A stretch of 41,741 nucleotides of DNA, from the IMG/VR virus record IMGVR_UViG_3300045988_117301; one strand, given 5' to 3'. Under the pieces are notes generated by a model. That model made no database searches. It was not told the DNA's origin and worked only from the letters and a program-made list of their open reading frames with translations. Within the stretch, counting starts at the first letter, position 1, and every line of letters starts with the position of its first letter. This DNA is from a virus. Its lineage: Duplodnaviria; Heunggongvirae; Uroviricota; Caudoviricetes. Positions 9,626-19,534 of the stretch are shown in pieces. The position numbers and the translations under genes were made by a program.

Positions 9626-10266
9626 TTGTCGGTATACCTCTCTCGTTTGCTCAGTTGTTCAGGAATATGGTGCAGCAGCTCGCCGTCACCACAGTAAATG
9701 GCGGCATGATTCGGCACCGATGAACCAAAACAGCACAGCAGCACATCGCCCGGCTGCGCCGCTGACAACGGCACCTGATACAGCCCTGTGGCCTCCAGAT
9801 TATCCAGATAGAGATTCTGACCGTGACGCCACCAGTCATCCTCGCGATGAAAATCCGGCATCTCAATCCCCGCCAGATGGTAAGCATCCCGGAACAGCGT
9901 GTAACAGTCCGTCACCCCGTGCTCAAAGCGCCGCCCGGTGAGATACGGCACACAGCGGAACTTGTGAATCGCCCCCCGGCAGACCAGCCACCACGGCAAA
10001 TCACTCTGCACCTGCAGCCGCCGGTCAGCCTCACTCAGCCAGGGCAGACCACCGGGATGACTGTGGACCAGTGCCACAATCTCACCCTGCATCTCTGCCT
10101 GCAGCCAGTCCTCCGGCGACATCCGGAAATACGCCTCCGGCTCACCGGAGATATTCACGCAGGGAAAATATCTTTCCCCTTCCGGCGTTCTCACCACGAA
10201 GCCGCACGACTCCGCTGGCGCACATCGCCGGGCGTGCGCCAGAATCGCTGATTCTGTCTCTGTCAT
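9523..10266 (-). CDS. K: Tail assembly protein K (NlpC/P60 + MPN-like domains)
   Basis: 247 aa; lambda gpK-like sequence and position between L and I. Confidence 0.9.
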   Translation of the reverse strand: MTETESAILAHARRCAPAESCGFVVRTPEGERYFPCVNISGEPEAYFRMSPEDWLQAEMQGEIVALVHSHPGGLPWLSEADRRLQVQSDLPWWLVCRGAIHKFRCVPYLTGRRFEHGVTDCYTLFRDAYHLAGIEMPDFHREDDWWRHGQNLYLDNLEATGLYQVPLSAAQPGDVLLCCFGSSVPNHAAIYCGDGELLHHIPEQLSKRERYTDKWQRRTHSLWRHRAWHASAFTGIYNDLAAASTFV

Positions 10267-10271
10267 GGGAT

Positions 10272-10970
10272 TTACTGCGAAAGTTTGTTAATGGAAAGGA
10301 AGCCGCCAAAGTTGCCGACGTTATTGCGAAACTTACAGCCATTCAGGCATTTGCTGCATTTATCCTTCGTGATATCGGACGTCGGCTGATCATATTCATC
10401 CGCGACAGCCGGACCGTGATAACCGCACTCATCACCGCGATAGGTCCAGGTGCAGGTATTAGCCAGCATGATGCGCCCCGGAAAAACGGCACCATCCGTT
10501 TCCGTCGGTGTGGACAGTACAAAGGAGGCACTCACCGCACTCAGTTCGCTGCACTGCTCGATGCGCCAGCGGCTGATCACCTCCTGCTCCGGATCGGCGT
10601 CGCTGTTTCCGTTGACGAAGTTCACCGCATCCAGAAAACGGGCGTAAACCTTACGCCTGACCACCGTTCCGCCGACCAGACTCTGCAGGTCTTCCGCCAT
10701 CCCGGTGACCATGCCGTGCAGGTTAGAGACCGTCAGTGTCGGACGGGCAGCACTGCCCTTACCGTTCAGTTCAAATCCCGTCCCCTGAATGGGGTATGCC
10801 TGATACTGCCGCCCCTGCCAGGTGACCGGCTCACCTTTTTCGTTCTGCTCATTACAGAAAAAATAACGTTCACCACCGACCTCTGTCAGATCGATTTCCC
10901 AGAGCACCACCTGGGCTGACTGAGTGAGGCGTGTCGTCTCATGATGTGTTTCCTGTGGAATATCCTGCAT
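10272..10970 (-). CDS. L: Minor tail protein L
   Basis: 232 aa; MQDI...VVLWEIDLTEVGGERYFFCNEQNEKGEPVTWQGRQYQ...KCSKCLNGCKFRNNVGNFGGFLSINKLSQ closely matches lambda gpL as recalled. Confidence 0.95.
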   Translation of the reverse strand: MQDIPQETHHETTRLTQSAQVVLWEIDLTEVGGERYFFCNEQNEKGEPVTWQGRQYQAYPIQGTGFELNGKGSAARPTLTVSNLHGMVTGMAEDLQSLVGGTVVRRKVYARFLDAVNFVNGNSDADPEQEVISRWRIEQCSELSAVSASFVLSTPTETDGAVFPGRIMLANTCTWTYRGDECGYHGPAVADEYDQPTSDITKDKCSKCLNGCKFRNNVGNFGGFLSINKLSQ

Positions 10971-10979
10971 CAGGGCCTC

Positions 10980-11309
10980 CTATGCCACGACCTGTTCAAA
11001 ATCTGCCGTTATGGTTACCCACAGCGCCCCCACGCTTGCCGACCATTTACGACAAACCACCCTGATCGGCTTCCAGTCATAAGGTGGCGTCCACTGAAAT
11101 GCGCGGACGCCACCGTGCCGTTCCAGAAAGGCTTTCAAAGATGGGTGTTCACATTTACGAACACGTATCGTCACGCTGTAAGTCGACAACTGGTTATTCA
11201 GTCCCGCCGCACGACGCTGTTCATAACCATCGCCCAGCTTCACTGTCACCACTTTCGGCTCTGATACCACATTCATATCCGGGCGCACTTTCCAGTGAAA
11301 CGTCTCCAT
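10980..11309 (-). CDS. M: Minor tail protein M
   Basis: 109 aa, lambda gpM-like; position between H and L. Confidence 0.9.
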   Translation of the reverse strand: METFHWKVRPDMNVVSEPKVVTVKLGDGYEQRRAAGLNNQLSTYSVTIRVRKCEHPSLKAFLERHGGVRAFQWTPPYDWKPIRVVCRKWSASVGALWVTITADFEQVVA

Positions 11310-14300
11310 TACCGATATGCTCCACTTAACCGACCACCATCACGGGCCTGCTGTTGCATAAAGTCCGCTGCCGCTTTTTTCCCAAGGTCATAAACCACCT
11401 TCAGGGCAGCCGGACCTATCTGCCCGTTCGTGCCATCGTTATTGATCTCGATGTTGTACTGCGGGGCAAACATCGCCATACCTGAACCACCAATATCCGC
11501 CACAACCCCCAGCTTACCGTCAGCACCACGACGCAGTGGCAGAATGGCTTCAGGTCCAGCTTCCCCCATCACACCCGCGCCTTTTGCAAAAGCAAAAAAC
11601 GTCGGACGGTTAACCACCGTGCCACTGTAACGACTCAAATCAGCAGACTGATAAATCCCCCCATTGGCATTCAGGGAAAGGCTGCTGAGATCAAATCCCA
11701 GTACACTGCCAATCCCTTTTATCGATTTCATCATGGTTGCCTGCGCCAGGATTTTCGCCATATCTGACAGCACAGAAGAGGTGAAGGATTTGAAATTGAG
11801 TTTGCCGGTAGTGACAAAAGTTGCCAGGCCATTTCCCATGTTGCTGAAGGCTGACGAGAACACCTGTTCTGCTGTTCCTGCCGTATTATCTGCATCCACG
11901 GTAAAATCCTGAAATGCACGCAGGACTCCGTTTTTCCAGTTACCCTGAGCAATTTCAAGCTGTTGCCAGTAACGGCGATTCTCATTCAGTTGTCGGTTCA
12001 GGCTCTCCGTCAGCGCCTGCTCGGCCTTTCTGTAGTCATCCGTGTTATATGTCCCTTTCTGCTCACTATCCCGCCTCAACTGCTCCAGCTGTTGCTGGTA
12101 TTTCTGGCGAAGACTCAGTTGTACCTGATATCGCTGCCGCTGCTGATCACCCATACCCACCGTGGCGATATCCTGGTCATGTTGCTGACGCTGAGCGCGC
12201 TCTTCTTCAGCCAGTTGACTGGTCAGCTGAATTGTTTTTTTCTTCAGATCGTTGAGTGCCGTCTGTTTCTGAAGCTCCTGCTGTTTTACATCCAGCAGCG
12301 TCAGTGCCTGAATCAGTTCATCTTTACGGGCCAGCACACTCTTTTCATCTGCCGTCAGTTTTTTCCCGTCCAGATCGCTGATGCGCTGCTGCAGAGCCAG
12401 AAGCTGTTTATGCGCTTCTGTCATCCTGTCAGTGGCAATGCCTGCTGACTGTCTTGCAGCAGCAATCTGTCCTTCCACCTGTGCCTGTTGCTGGCTGTAC
12501 TGCAGCAATAACCGGGTGGCCTCATCATTACGGGTTTCGCGTGTTTTTTTCTTACCGGATGCCAGGGCTTTCTCGTAACGTTCATTTTCACGTTGTATCG
12601 CCGCATCCCTGACAGCCTGATCGGCGTACTGCATGGCATTAATACGCGCAATTTCACGCTGATGTCGTGCAGCTTCCGTTTCATTCATCCGATTCAGTGC
12701 AGCATTTTCAGCATTACGGCGTTTCTGTTGCTCCTGATAATTCCGCTCTGCCTGCTCTTTTGCATCCTGCAAATCCTTCTGGCGTTTTTTCTCCTGAAGA
12801 TCGTTAAGACGCTGCTGATCGTATTCAACCTGAGAAGATGATGCCGTCCAGGGGAGTCTTTTCGCCCGCGACACTTTCTCCTGCAAAGTGGCAATCTGCG
12901 CATCCAGCGAATCTTCACGACCAATATTCATGGCCGCATCCCAGAAACGACTCCATAAATCAGACAGATACTTCAGCGTACTGCCCAGCGCATTGAGGTT
13001 ATTATCAATATCCGCAGTACGTCGACCGGTTTCCTCTGCCAGTGCAGACATGGCTATCCGTGCCGCATCACTGGACCGCCCCTGTTCCCCAAGGACGCGT
13101 ATCTGCTCAAGCTGAGTGGCAGTAAGAAAATGCAGCTCATTGTCCAGAGCCTTCGCGGCATTTACAGGATCATCCTTCAGCCGCTTAAACTGACTTATGG
13201 TATCGCTGACCGACTGGCCAACCGATCGCTCCATCTGTGCGGCAGCTCTCGCCACCATACTGATATCGTTTCCACGAAATGCACCACTCCCCACCACCTG
13301 AGCCAGCGCACCGACTGCAGCATGTTGCGTGATACCATTCCCGGAAATAGCACGACTGAGCGTCCACAGCTGCCCGGCAGTGACTCCGGCATAATGCCCC
13401 GTCAGCGACAGCTGGCGGTTAAATTCTTCCCCCTCCTTCTGACCGTCATACCAGGCTTTACCCAGACCATAGACAGCCGCGGCAATACCACCAATAACCC
13501 CGCCAAGCATCATGCCTTTCGGTGACATCAGTGTGTCTATCCACCCGGCACGGTTAGCCAGCGTTATTCCGGATCCCCTCAGCGCACCTAAATTTCCGCG
13601 GGCCAGTTCACCTATCAGAACGCCTATCTCCTGACGGGCCGCTGCACTTTTCAGACCCAGCGAATGCGTGGCTTTTCCTGCCTGCTCCATTTTGCGGATA
13701 TACACTTCTGCAGCACTGCTTACCCCCAGCTGGGCAGCCCTGGCACGAAGCAACTCAGAAGAAGAAAGATTCTGGCGGGTTGCCTGCTCTTTAAGCTGAC
13801 GGATAAACGCCACTTTCTGTCGGGTAGCCTCTTCCTCAGCCTGTGTAAGAACACGGGTTTTCGCCGTAACCTCAGAAATCAGCGCCAGATAATCCTGCTG
13901 ACCAATCCCGCCACTGTTTCTGGCCTGTCGGATCTGCTGCTGAATACGCTGTAATTCCTGCAGCCCCGCACTGGCCTGTTTCACACTGTCAATCTGACGA
14001 TAAAACGCGGCAGCCGCTTTATCCTGAGCCTCCGCCAGAGCCATGGCCTGCGCCTGTTCCTCGCGTATTTTCTGGCTCAGTGCCTCCATACGCTGGCGGG
14101 TTTTCTCCACCTCGCGGGCCATGCGTTCATGAGCCTGTGCGTTCTTCTCCACCGTCTGCGCATGGACGGATGCGGCTGTTGCAGCCGAAGACGCCGCCTG
14201 CGTTGTCTGCCGGGCGGCCTGAGTCTGACGCTCCATAAAACGCTGCATACGGGCAGAAGACCGTTCTGCATCGCTGGCTGCACCATTCAGAAGGTTTTTG

Positions 14301-14374
14301 ATACGGGGAATTTCATTTTTAAACTCTGCCGCATCAATCCCCAAATCAATGACCAGGTTAGCTATCTGGTCCAT
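11309..14374 (-). CDS. H: Tail tape measure protein H
   Basis: About 1020 aa, coiled-coil rich; C-terminus INNDGTNGQIGPAALKVVYDLGKK...DGGRLSGAYR matches lambda gpH C-terminus as recalled; start set at ATG 14374 (Shine-Dalgarno GGAGG 8 nt upstream) rather than the track's TTG at 14404. Confidence 0.9.
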   Translation of the reverse strand: MDQIANLVIDLGIDAAEFKNEIPRIKNLLNGAASDAERSSARMQRFMERQTQAARQTTQAASSAATAASVHAQTVEKNAQAHERMAREVEKTRQRMEALSQKIREEQAQAMALAEAQDKAAAAFYRQIDSVKQASAGLQELQRIQQQIRQARNSGGIGQQDYLALISEVTAKTRVLTQAEEEATRQKVAFIRQLKEQATRQNLSSSELLRARAAQLGVSSAAEVYIRKMEQAGKATHSLGLKSAAARQEIGVLIGELARGNLGALRGSGITLANRAGWIDTLMSPKGMMLGGVIGGIAAAVYGLGKAWYDGQKEGEEFNRQLSLTGHYAGVTAGQLWTLSRAISGNGITQHAAVGALAQVVGSGAFRGNDISMVARAAAQMERSVGQSVSDTISQFKRLKDDPVNAAKALDNELHFLTATQLEQIRVLGEQGRSSDAARIAMSALAEETGRRTADIDNNLNALGSTLKYLSDLWSRFWDAAMNIGREDSLDAQIATLQEKVSRAKRLPWTASSSQVEYDQQRLNDLQEKKRQKDLQDAKEQAERNYQEQQKRRNAENAALNRMNETEAARHQREIARINAMQYADQAVRDAAIQRENERYEKALASGKKKTRETRNDEATRLLLQYSQQQAQVEGQIAAARQSAGIATDRMTEAHKQLLALQQRISDLDGKKLTADEKSVLARKDELIQALTLLDVKQQELQKQTALNDLKKKTIQLTSQLAEEERAQRQQHDQDIATVGMGDQQRQRYQVQLSLRQKYQQQLEQLRRDSEQKGTYNTDDYRKAEQALTESLNRQLNENRRYWQQLEIAQGNWKNGVLRAFQDFTVDADNTAGTAEQVFSSAFSNMGNGLATFVTTGKLNFKSFTSSVLSDMAKILAQATMMKSIKGIGSVLGFDLSSLSLNANGGIYQSADLSRYSGTVVNRPTFFAFAKGAGVMGEAGPEAILPLRRGADGKLGVVADIGGSGMAMFAPQYNIEINNDGTNGQIGPAALKVVYDLGKKAAADFMQQQARDGGRLSGAYR

Positions 14375-14675
14375 AACGCACACCTCCGGAAATACCTTCC
14401 CCAAGATGCATCAGTTCTTCGTCCGTTCGCTCCGGTATCCCGTTCTCTTCCGGTAAAAGGCTGAAATCAGCCACCGCAGCATCACTGCTGCCGGACACCA
14501 TTCTCACGATCAATGCCTTCAGCGAGGCAAACTGCGCATCCATCCACACATCACTGAAGCTCTGCATCCGGAAATAATCGCCCCACTCACCAAGCTCAGT
14601 GGCCGACATTTCCGACAGCATCCGCCGCCAGTCTGCCCGCCGGAACTCCCGGGCAAGCCGCATGACAAACTGCAT
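14358..14675 (-). CDS. T: Tail assembly chaperone T segment (expressed as G-T fusion by -1 frameshift)
   Basis: ORF in the -1 frame relative to G, open upstream into the G 3' end; lambda G/T arrangement. Confidence 0.7.
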   Translation of the reverse strand: MQFVMRLAREFRRADWRRMLSEMSATELGEWGDYFRMQSFSDVWMDAQFASLKALIVRMVSGSSDAAVADFSLLPEENGIPERTDEELMHLGEGISGGVRYGPDS

Positions 14676-14683
14676 TTCCCGCG

Positions 14684-15070
14684 TCAGGACTTTTCCGGCG
14701 TCAGCACCTCATGCTCCAAATCCCCGGCATTATCAATGGCCCCCATACCGCTCAGCGACAGAACCATCTCCGCCCCCGCACCCAGGGCATCATACGACCA
14801 TGTTGTAATAACGGATGCGTAAAGCGTCTCAACATCCTGAGACTGTTCCGCATTCCACAGTGAGCGGGAAACCAGCCAGGCATTGATATCCATCCCCATC
14901 CGCAGAAAAGCAATCTGTCGTTCAGCCTCCGGCAGTTCTCCCTCCCCGGCATCAAACTTTGCCGTTCGCTGCTGAACAAACGTCAGATATTCAATTCTCT
15001 GCAGCCCGGACAGCTCACTGAGCACCACGGACTGTTTTTCATAATTAAACGTGTCCTGTTTCAGAAACAT
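14684..15070 (-). CDS. G: Tail assembly chaperone G
   Basis: Starts MFLKQDTF... like lambda gpG (MFLKTESFE...); Shine-Dalgarno AGGTGGAG upstream of tandem ATGs at 15073 and 15070. Confidence 0.85.
   Translation of the reverse strand: MFLKQDTFNYEKQSVVLSELSGLQRIEYLTFVQQRTAKFDAGEGELPEAERQIAFLRMGMDINAWLVSRSLWNAEQSQDVETLYASVITTWSYDALGAGAEMVLSLSGMGAIDNAGDLEHEVLTPEKS
14688..14699 (-). other. Candidate -1 programmed frameshift site for G-T (CCGGAAAAG; G frame ..CCG GAA AAG TCC TGA)
   Basis: A-AAG slippery context a few codons before the G stop; the -1 frame is open across the site into T. Confidence 0.45.
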
Positions 15071-15086
15071 CATGTTCTCCACCTGT

Positions 15087-15110
15087 AAAAAAGCCCCGAA
15101 TAACCGGGGC
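15087..15110 (-). terminator. Stem-loop/terminator between V and G
   Basis: Minus strand GCCCCG-gttatt-CGGGGC followed by a T-run (plus-strand A-run 15087-15092). Confidence 0.45.
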
Positions 15111-15130
15111 AAATGATGAGTATCGTCCTG

Positions 15131-15874
15131 TTAACCTGCTGCGCTGACAGTCACCGCAGCCACAGCCACAAAATTCCCGTCAGCGGTCATGCCCACAATG
15201 CTGACACTGCCCTGCTTCACGCCTTTCACCGTGGCCACAAGCCCGTTCAGGGTCACCGTGGCAGTCTGTGGATCTGTCGAATGCACACTGATCGCTTTGT
15301 CACTGGCTCCGTCAGGTTTTACTGTAAAGGTCAGCGTGGTGGTTGCTCCCACTTTTACACTGGCAGATGCCGGTGCCACCGTCAGCCCGGTAACGCTCAC
15401 TGTTTCAGTGCCTTCCTCTGCCAGATACGGACGCCCCACACCGCTGATTTTCACTGTGCGGGTCATCACGTCTTTTGAGGCAATGGTTTTACCCAGTGAA
15501 CTCAGCCAGCCACGGAAAACATCAACAGTACCGTTGGGATATTTGATACGAAACGCGCAGACTTCACCGGAGTCGAACAACTGAACCAGTTTTTTCTGCC
15601 CGCTGTCACCCGGACGCCAGGCCAGCGTCGCCGAAGTATCACCAACGGATTTCTGCCCCTGGGTTGTCGTTTTCCAGTCTGCATCTTCATCATCGAGATA
15701 AGTGTCATCTTCTGCATCAGCGGTCATTTCGCCAGGTTGCAGATCCTTCACCATCGCAAGACGCAGCCAGTCAGTGTCCGACAAAGGGTTCGCAAACGCA
15801 TCGCCGTTGCCGGTATACATCCAGAACGTCGTCCCCGCACCTTTCGTCTTTGCCAGTGGATTTGGTGTGGTCAT
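15131..15874 (-). CDS. V: Major tail protein V
   Basis: Start at ATG 15874 with Shine-Dalgarno AAGGAGG; MTTPNPLAKTKGAGTTFWMYTGNGDAFANPLSD...LDDEDADW... matches lambda gpV as recalled; C-terminal Ig-like domain. Confidence 0.9.
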   Translation of the reverse strand: MTTPNPLAKTKGAGTTFWMYTGNGDAFANPLSDTDWLRLAMVKDLQPGEMTADAEDDTYLDDEDADWKTTTQGQKSVGDTSATLAWRPGDSGQKKLVQLFDSGEVCAFRIKYPNGTVDVFRGWLSSLGKTIASKDVMTRTVKISGVGRPYLAEEGTETVSVTGLTVAPASASVKVGATTTLTFTVKPDGASDKAISVHSTDPQTATVTLNGLVATVKGVKQGSVSIVGMTADGNFVAVAAVTVSAAG

Positions 15875-15884
15875 TACCACCTCC

Positions 15885-16298
15885 TTAATTCGTGTACGTG
15901 ATCTGGTACGTGATTTCCGCCATCGCCCAGGTGGCCATCTCATTATCACGTTGATAGTTAAAACCGAGTGGGATCAGGGTGTCGATGAGTCCGGAAAGTG
16001 CCGGTACATCATTCAGGGCCGGGAAAATGGTGCTCTCCATCCACATATCCAGCTCTGAATCCGGTGCCTGTGCCCGGATGAAGACAGCAATATGCAGAAC
16101 AGCCTGCCAGTCATCTTCATCCGTCATTTTTCCGGTGTACTGAGCATCACTCAGCCACACCGCCACGGCAGGCAGTTCCTGCGCATCAATAAATGCCGGA
16201 AGCCCGTCAAAAAACGTGGCGCTGTCTCCACACTGTTCCCGAAGGCGTGCCAGTACGACCTGGCGGATTTGTGTATGTCGGTTCATCGGGTCAGCCAT
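15885..16298 (-). CDS. U: Tail terminator protein U
   Basis: 137 aa; ATFFDGLPAFIDAQELPAVAVWLSDAQYTG...PDSELDMWMES... resembles lambda gpU. Confidence 0.85.
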   Translation of the reverse strand: MADPMNRHTQIRQVVLARLREQCGDSATFFDGLPAFIDAQELPAVAVWLSDAQYTGKMTDEDDWQAVLHIAVFIRAQAPDSELDMWMESTIFPALNDVPALSGLIDTLIPLGFNYQRDNEMATWAMAEITYQITYTN

Positions 16299-16873
16299 AA
16301 TCTCAGTTGTTGTTTCAGTGCATACCCCAGCTGTTTCGGCATTTCCGCAGCAATGATGCGGTCGCGGGCATCTTCAAATGCCTGTGTCAGCGGTCCGGAC
16401 AGCGGGATTTTCACTACCTCCACAGGAAGACGATTTTTTCTTGGCCTGCCCTGATGGTCATGCCCTGTTGCAAAACGCGCTTCAGGAAGACGCCTCAGAA
16501 CATGCCAGCGGCCATTCGCCAGTTGCTGAACAAATGCCCCCCGGAAAAAGTATTTTCCCACTCTCAGTCCTTCACCAGCACGCCGCCGTGTTGTGTTCAG
16601 TTTGATGGCGGGCAGATTGCCCCGGTTAACGCGGATCCTGGCCGTCATTTTTCCTGACGGACTGGCTTTAAACACCCGGACACGCTGACGTACCAGTTTC
16701 AGGGGGATCCCTTTCACCTGGTTATCTCCCGCAACGGTATTCCCGGCAACCTTCCGGGTGGCAACCGAGACCGCTTTCTGTGCCACACGGTTTATCGCCC
16801 ATGCGCTGGCCTGTGGCACCATACGGGTATCAAGGCTGTTCAGATTGCGGATGGCATTCTCAAGCCCCTTCAT
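16283..16873 (-). CDS. Z: Tail completion protein Z
   Basis: 196 aa; position and size match lambda gpZ. Confidence 0.8.
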   Translation of the reverse strand: MKGLENAIRNLNSLDTRMVPQASAWAINRVAQKAVSVATRKVAGNTVAGDNQVKGIPLKLVRQRVRVFKASPSGKMTARIRVNRGNLPAIKLNTTRRRAGEGLRVGKYFFRGAFVQQLANGRWHVLRRLPEARFATGHDHQGRPRKNRLPVEVVKIPLSGPLTQAFEDARDRIIAAEMPKQLGYALKQQLRLWLTR

Positions 16874-16884
16874 CCCACACCTCT

Positions 16885-17160
16885 TTACTCAATAAAGATC
16901 ATTGGTTTACCGTTAAAGCGTTCATGCCGTGTGACCGTCCATTGTTGTCCGTCATAAACAACGCGATCCCCGCGCCGTGGGCGGTATCCCGAAGAAAACA
17001 CCACCAGAGAGACCGCAGGTCCGGACAGAGCATTCAGCTCTGCCAGTGTTTCTCCCGGGATCACAGTCATATCGACATCATTAATCGAGGCTGTCTTTCC
17101 CATCTTTCTGACCGTGATCGCATCCATACGCGCTGCCAGCCGGGAAAAGGGATCAGACAT
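16885..17160 (-). CDS. Head-tail connector FII-like protein
   Basis: 91-aa ORF immediately upstream of Z in the lambda FII position. Confidence 0.65.
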   Translation of the reverse strand: MSDPFSRLAARMDAITVRKMGKTASINDVDMTVIPGETLAELNALSGPAVSLVVFSSGYRPRRGDRVVYDGQQWTVTRHERFNGKPMIFIE

Positions 17161-17476
17161 TGAGTTTTACCGGCACTTCTTCTGCACTGGTTCCGGCATC
17201 TGCCCAGACAACCCCGACCAGCGGATCAGAGCCGCTGTTAGTCAGCTGAACTTTTCCGGACTTCAGATAAACCTTCTTACCCGTTTTCATATCATCCGTT
17301 TTCAGCTTAGGCAGCATAAACACACCTTCGGTCATGCCGTCGCCTGTTTCACCCTGTGGAATATCGGTCAGCGCCACCGCAAAAACATCACCCACCTGCA
17401 CCAGATCTCCGCTGCTGATGGCTGCACTGGCAACAATCGCCACCGTTTTTCCTTCTTCTACAAAATTCTTTGCCAT
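17153..17476 (-). CDS. Phage structural protein (DUF2190-like head-associated protein)
   Basis: Start at ATG 17476 with Shine-Dalgarno GGAG (track start is TTG 17521); follows major capsid gene. Confidence 0.5.
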   Translation of the reverse strand: MAKNFVEEGKTVAIVASAAISSGDLVQVGDVFAVALTDIPQGETGDGMTEGVFMLPKLKTDDMKTGKKVYLKSGKVQLTNSGSDPLVGVVWADAGTSAEEVPVKLNV

Positions 17477-17562
17477 AACTGTCTCCGCACAGCCCCGTTC
17501 AGGGGCTGATTTCAGGTACAAAAAAAGCCCTTACGGGCCATCAGAGTTGTTATCTGCGACGT

Positions 17563-19521
17563 TTACGCCGTACATTTCACCAGACCGCGGTGATCAACTG
17601 GCGCGACACCGGCGTCAATACGCACTTTCGTTGTCACGCCATCCACACTGAAGCCCTCCATCTGATCAATATATGGCGTATCCACACCGTTGAGATAAGC
17701 CACTTCAATCGTATCGGAGCCTTTTGACGCAGCCAGGTAGAAGGTGGTCTGGCTGTTATCATCAAGACGAGGCTCTGCAATAACGGTCGCAAAATCTTTC
17801 ACCGGGTTAATAATACCGGCGTTAATGTCAGCCCCCTTGACACTTGAGGAGCGAATGACCTGGTTAGCAACAGACTCCATCGCCGTCGGTACCAGTACGA
17901 ACGCAGGACGAATATTCAGATGACGCTCCCCCTCTTTCTGAACGCGCATCAACTGGCGGGCTTTATCCAGCGATGCCACGTCCATTGCAGCGCTCTCCAG
18001 TACGTTTGCATGTTTCGCTTTATCGAACAGACTTACATTATCTGTGGAGATTTTCGGGTTAGACGTCAGAATGGCATAAACCAGATCGGCAATAGTGGAT
18101 TTCGCCGCACGGCCCAGTTTCATCGGGACATCGGTCAGCATATTCAGATCATCATTGATAATGGCCTGACGGGTGATACTGAACAGCTCGCCATAGGTCG
18201 CCAGTGCAATAGTGGCCTGTTTATCTCCGGTGGTGACGTATTTATATTCCGCCCCTTCACGCACCTGACGCAGAGCACTGAAGCCCCCCATACCCACACG
18301 ATGGGCAATTTTAAAATCAGACAACTGACCTTTCCGCGTCCACTGTTCATAGGTTTCAGGAGCATCTTCCCAGCCCTGCAGAATGGCTTTGTTCGCAACA
18401 TCCAGCAGAATATTACCGAAGTCAGACGTACTGTGTGTGAACGCCGCACCGACCATCTGCATCGGGTTATAACTGGAAACCCCAATACCCCGTTCAGTCA
18501 GTGACATACGGGCATATTCACGCAGGGTCATCCCGTTGTAGACATTATCACGTTCGGTTTTTTCAAATCCGGCACGCGCCATCAGCGCCTGGCGGATCCC
18601 GTCCCCCACAAAATTACCGTTACCGGCATAAATATGAGCCGGTGTATTTTTATTGGATGGCGTGGACTCGCGCCCCATCTCGTTCAACAGCTTTTCGCGG
18701 GCCTGCTCCAGCGAACATTCAGGATCGGCAAGACACTGAGCCTGCAGCGTCTGATAACGCCCGCCAAACATGGCAAACAGATCATTAATACCGTTTACAC
18801 GCGCTTTTTGCTCTGCCAGTACCTGCGCACGGATACTGTTTTCATCCACCACGGGTGCTGCTGCCTGCACTGGCGTCCGGGAGGCTGCAGGTTCATCATC
18901 CTGTACGCGTGGAGCACTGTTGCGTGGCGGAGTAATCATGTTTCGAATGGATTCCGGCATCTTTTTAAATTCCTCTGTACGTTTTGACTGAATACATGCC
19001 ATTGCCTTAACGGCTGGCGTCACCTGATCAGCAAATCCATGTGCCAGACATTCGGCACCGGACATCCAGGTCTCATCCGCCAGCATGGCAGCAATTTCAT
19101 CGGTGGTTTTCCCGGTTTTCTGTGCATAAGCGGGTAACAGAACCGCCTCAACCTTATCGAGCAGGTCGGCATAGGTGCGCATGTCCTCCGCATCACCGCC
19201 CGTAAAGCCAAATGGTTTATGAATCATCATGAAGGTGTTTTCCGGCATAATGACCGGGTTTCCCACCATCGCAATGACCGACGCCATTGACGCCGCCACA
19301 CCGTCGACATAAACGGTAATGGACGCACCATGTGTTTTCAGCGCATTAAAAATGGCGATGCCTTCAAAGACATCGCCACCCGGTGAATTGATATGGAGAT
19401 TAATGTGGGTGATATCGCCCAGTGCATTCAGATCACTGATAAACTGCTTCGCTGTAACACCCCAGAAACCAATCTCGTCATAAATATAAATATCCGCGTC
19501 ACTCTGGTGACCAGCCTGCAT
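17563..19521 (-). CDS. Prohead protease (ClpP/S14-like) fused to major capsid protein
   Basis: N-terminal region INLHINSPGGDVFEGIAIFNALK...VDGVAASMASVIAMVG (ClpP-like Ser motif) then a large capsid domain; start chosen at ATG 19521 just after the portal stop (19535). Confidence 0.85.
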   Translation of the reverse strand: MQAGHQSDADIYIYDEIGFWGVTAKQFISDLNALGDITHINLHINSPGGDVFEGIAIFNALKTHGASITVYVDGVAASMASVIAMVGNPVIMPENTFMMIHKPFGFTGGDAEDMRTYADLLDKVEAVLLPAYAQKTGKTTDEIAAMLADETWMSGAECLAHGFADQVTPAVKAMACIQSKRTEEFKKMPESIRNMITPPRNSAPRVQDDEPAASRTPVQAAAPVVDENSIRAQVLAEQKARVNGINDLFAMFGGRYQTLQAQCLADPECSLEQAREKLLNEMGRESTPSNKNTPAHIYAGNGNFVGDGIRQALMARAGFEKTERDNVYNGMTLREYARMSLTERGIGVSSYNPMQMVGAAFTHSTSDFGNILLDVANKAILQGWEDAPETYEQWTRKGQLSDFKIAHRVGMGGFSALRQVREGAEYKYVTTGDKQATIALATYGELFSITRQAIINDDLNMLTDVPMKLGRAAKSTIADLVYAILTSNPKISTDNVSLFDKAKHANVLESAAMDVASLDKARQLMRVQKEGERHLNIRPAFVLVPTAMESVANQVIRSSSVKGADINAGIINPVKDFATVIAEPRLDDNSQTTFYLAASKGSDTIEVAYLNGVDTPYIDQMEGFSVDGVTTKVRIDAGVAPVDHRGLVKCTA

Positions 19522-19534
19522 CCTGAACCAGGAA

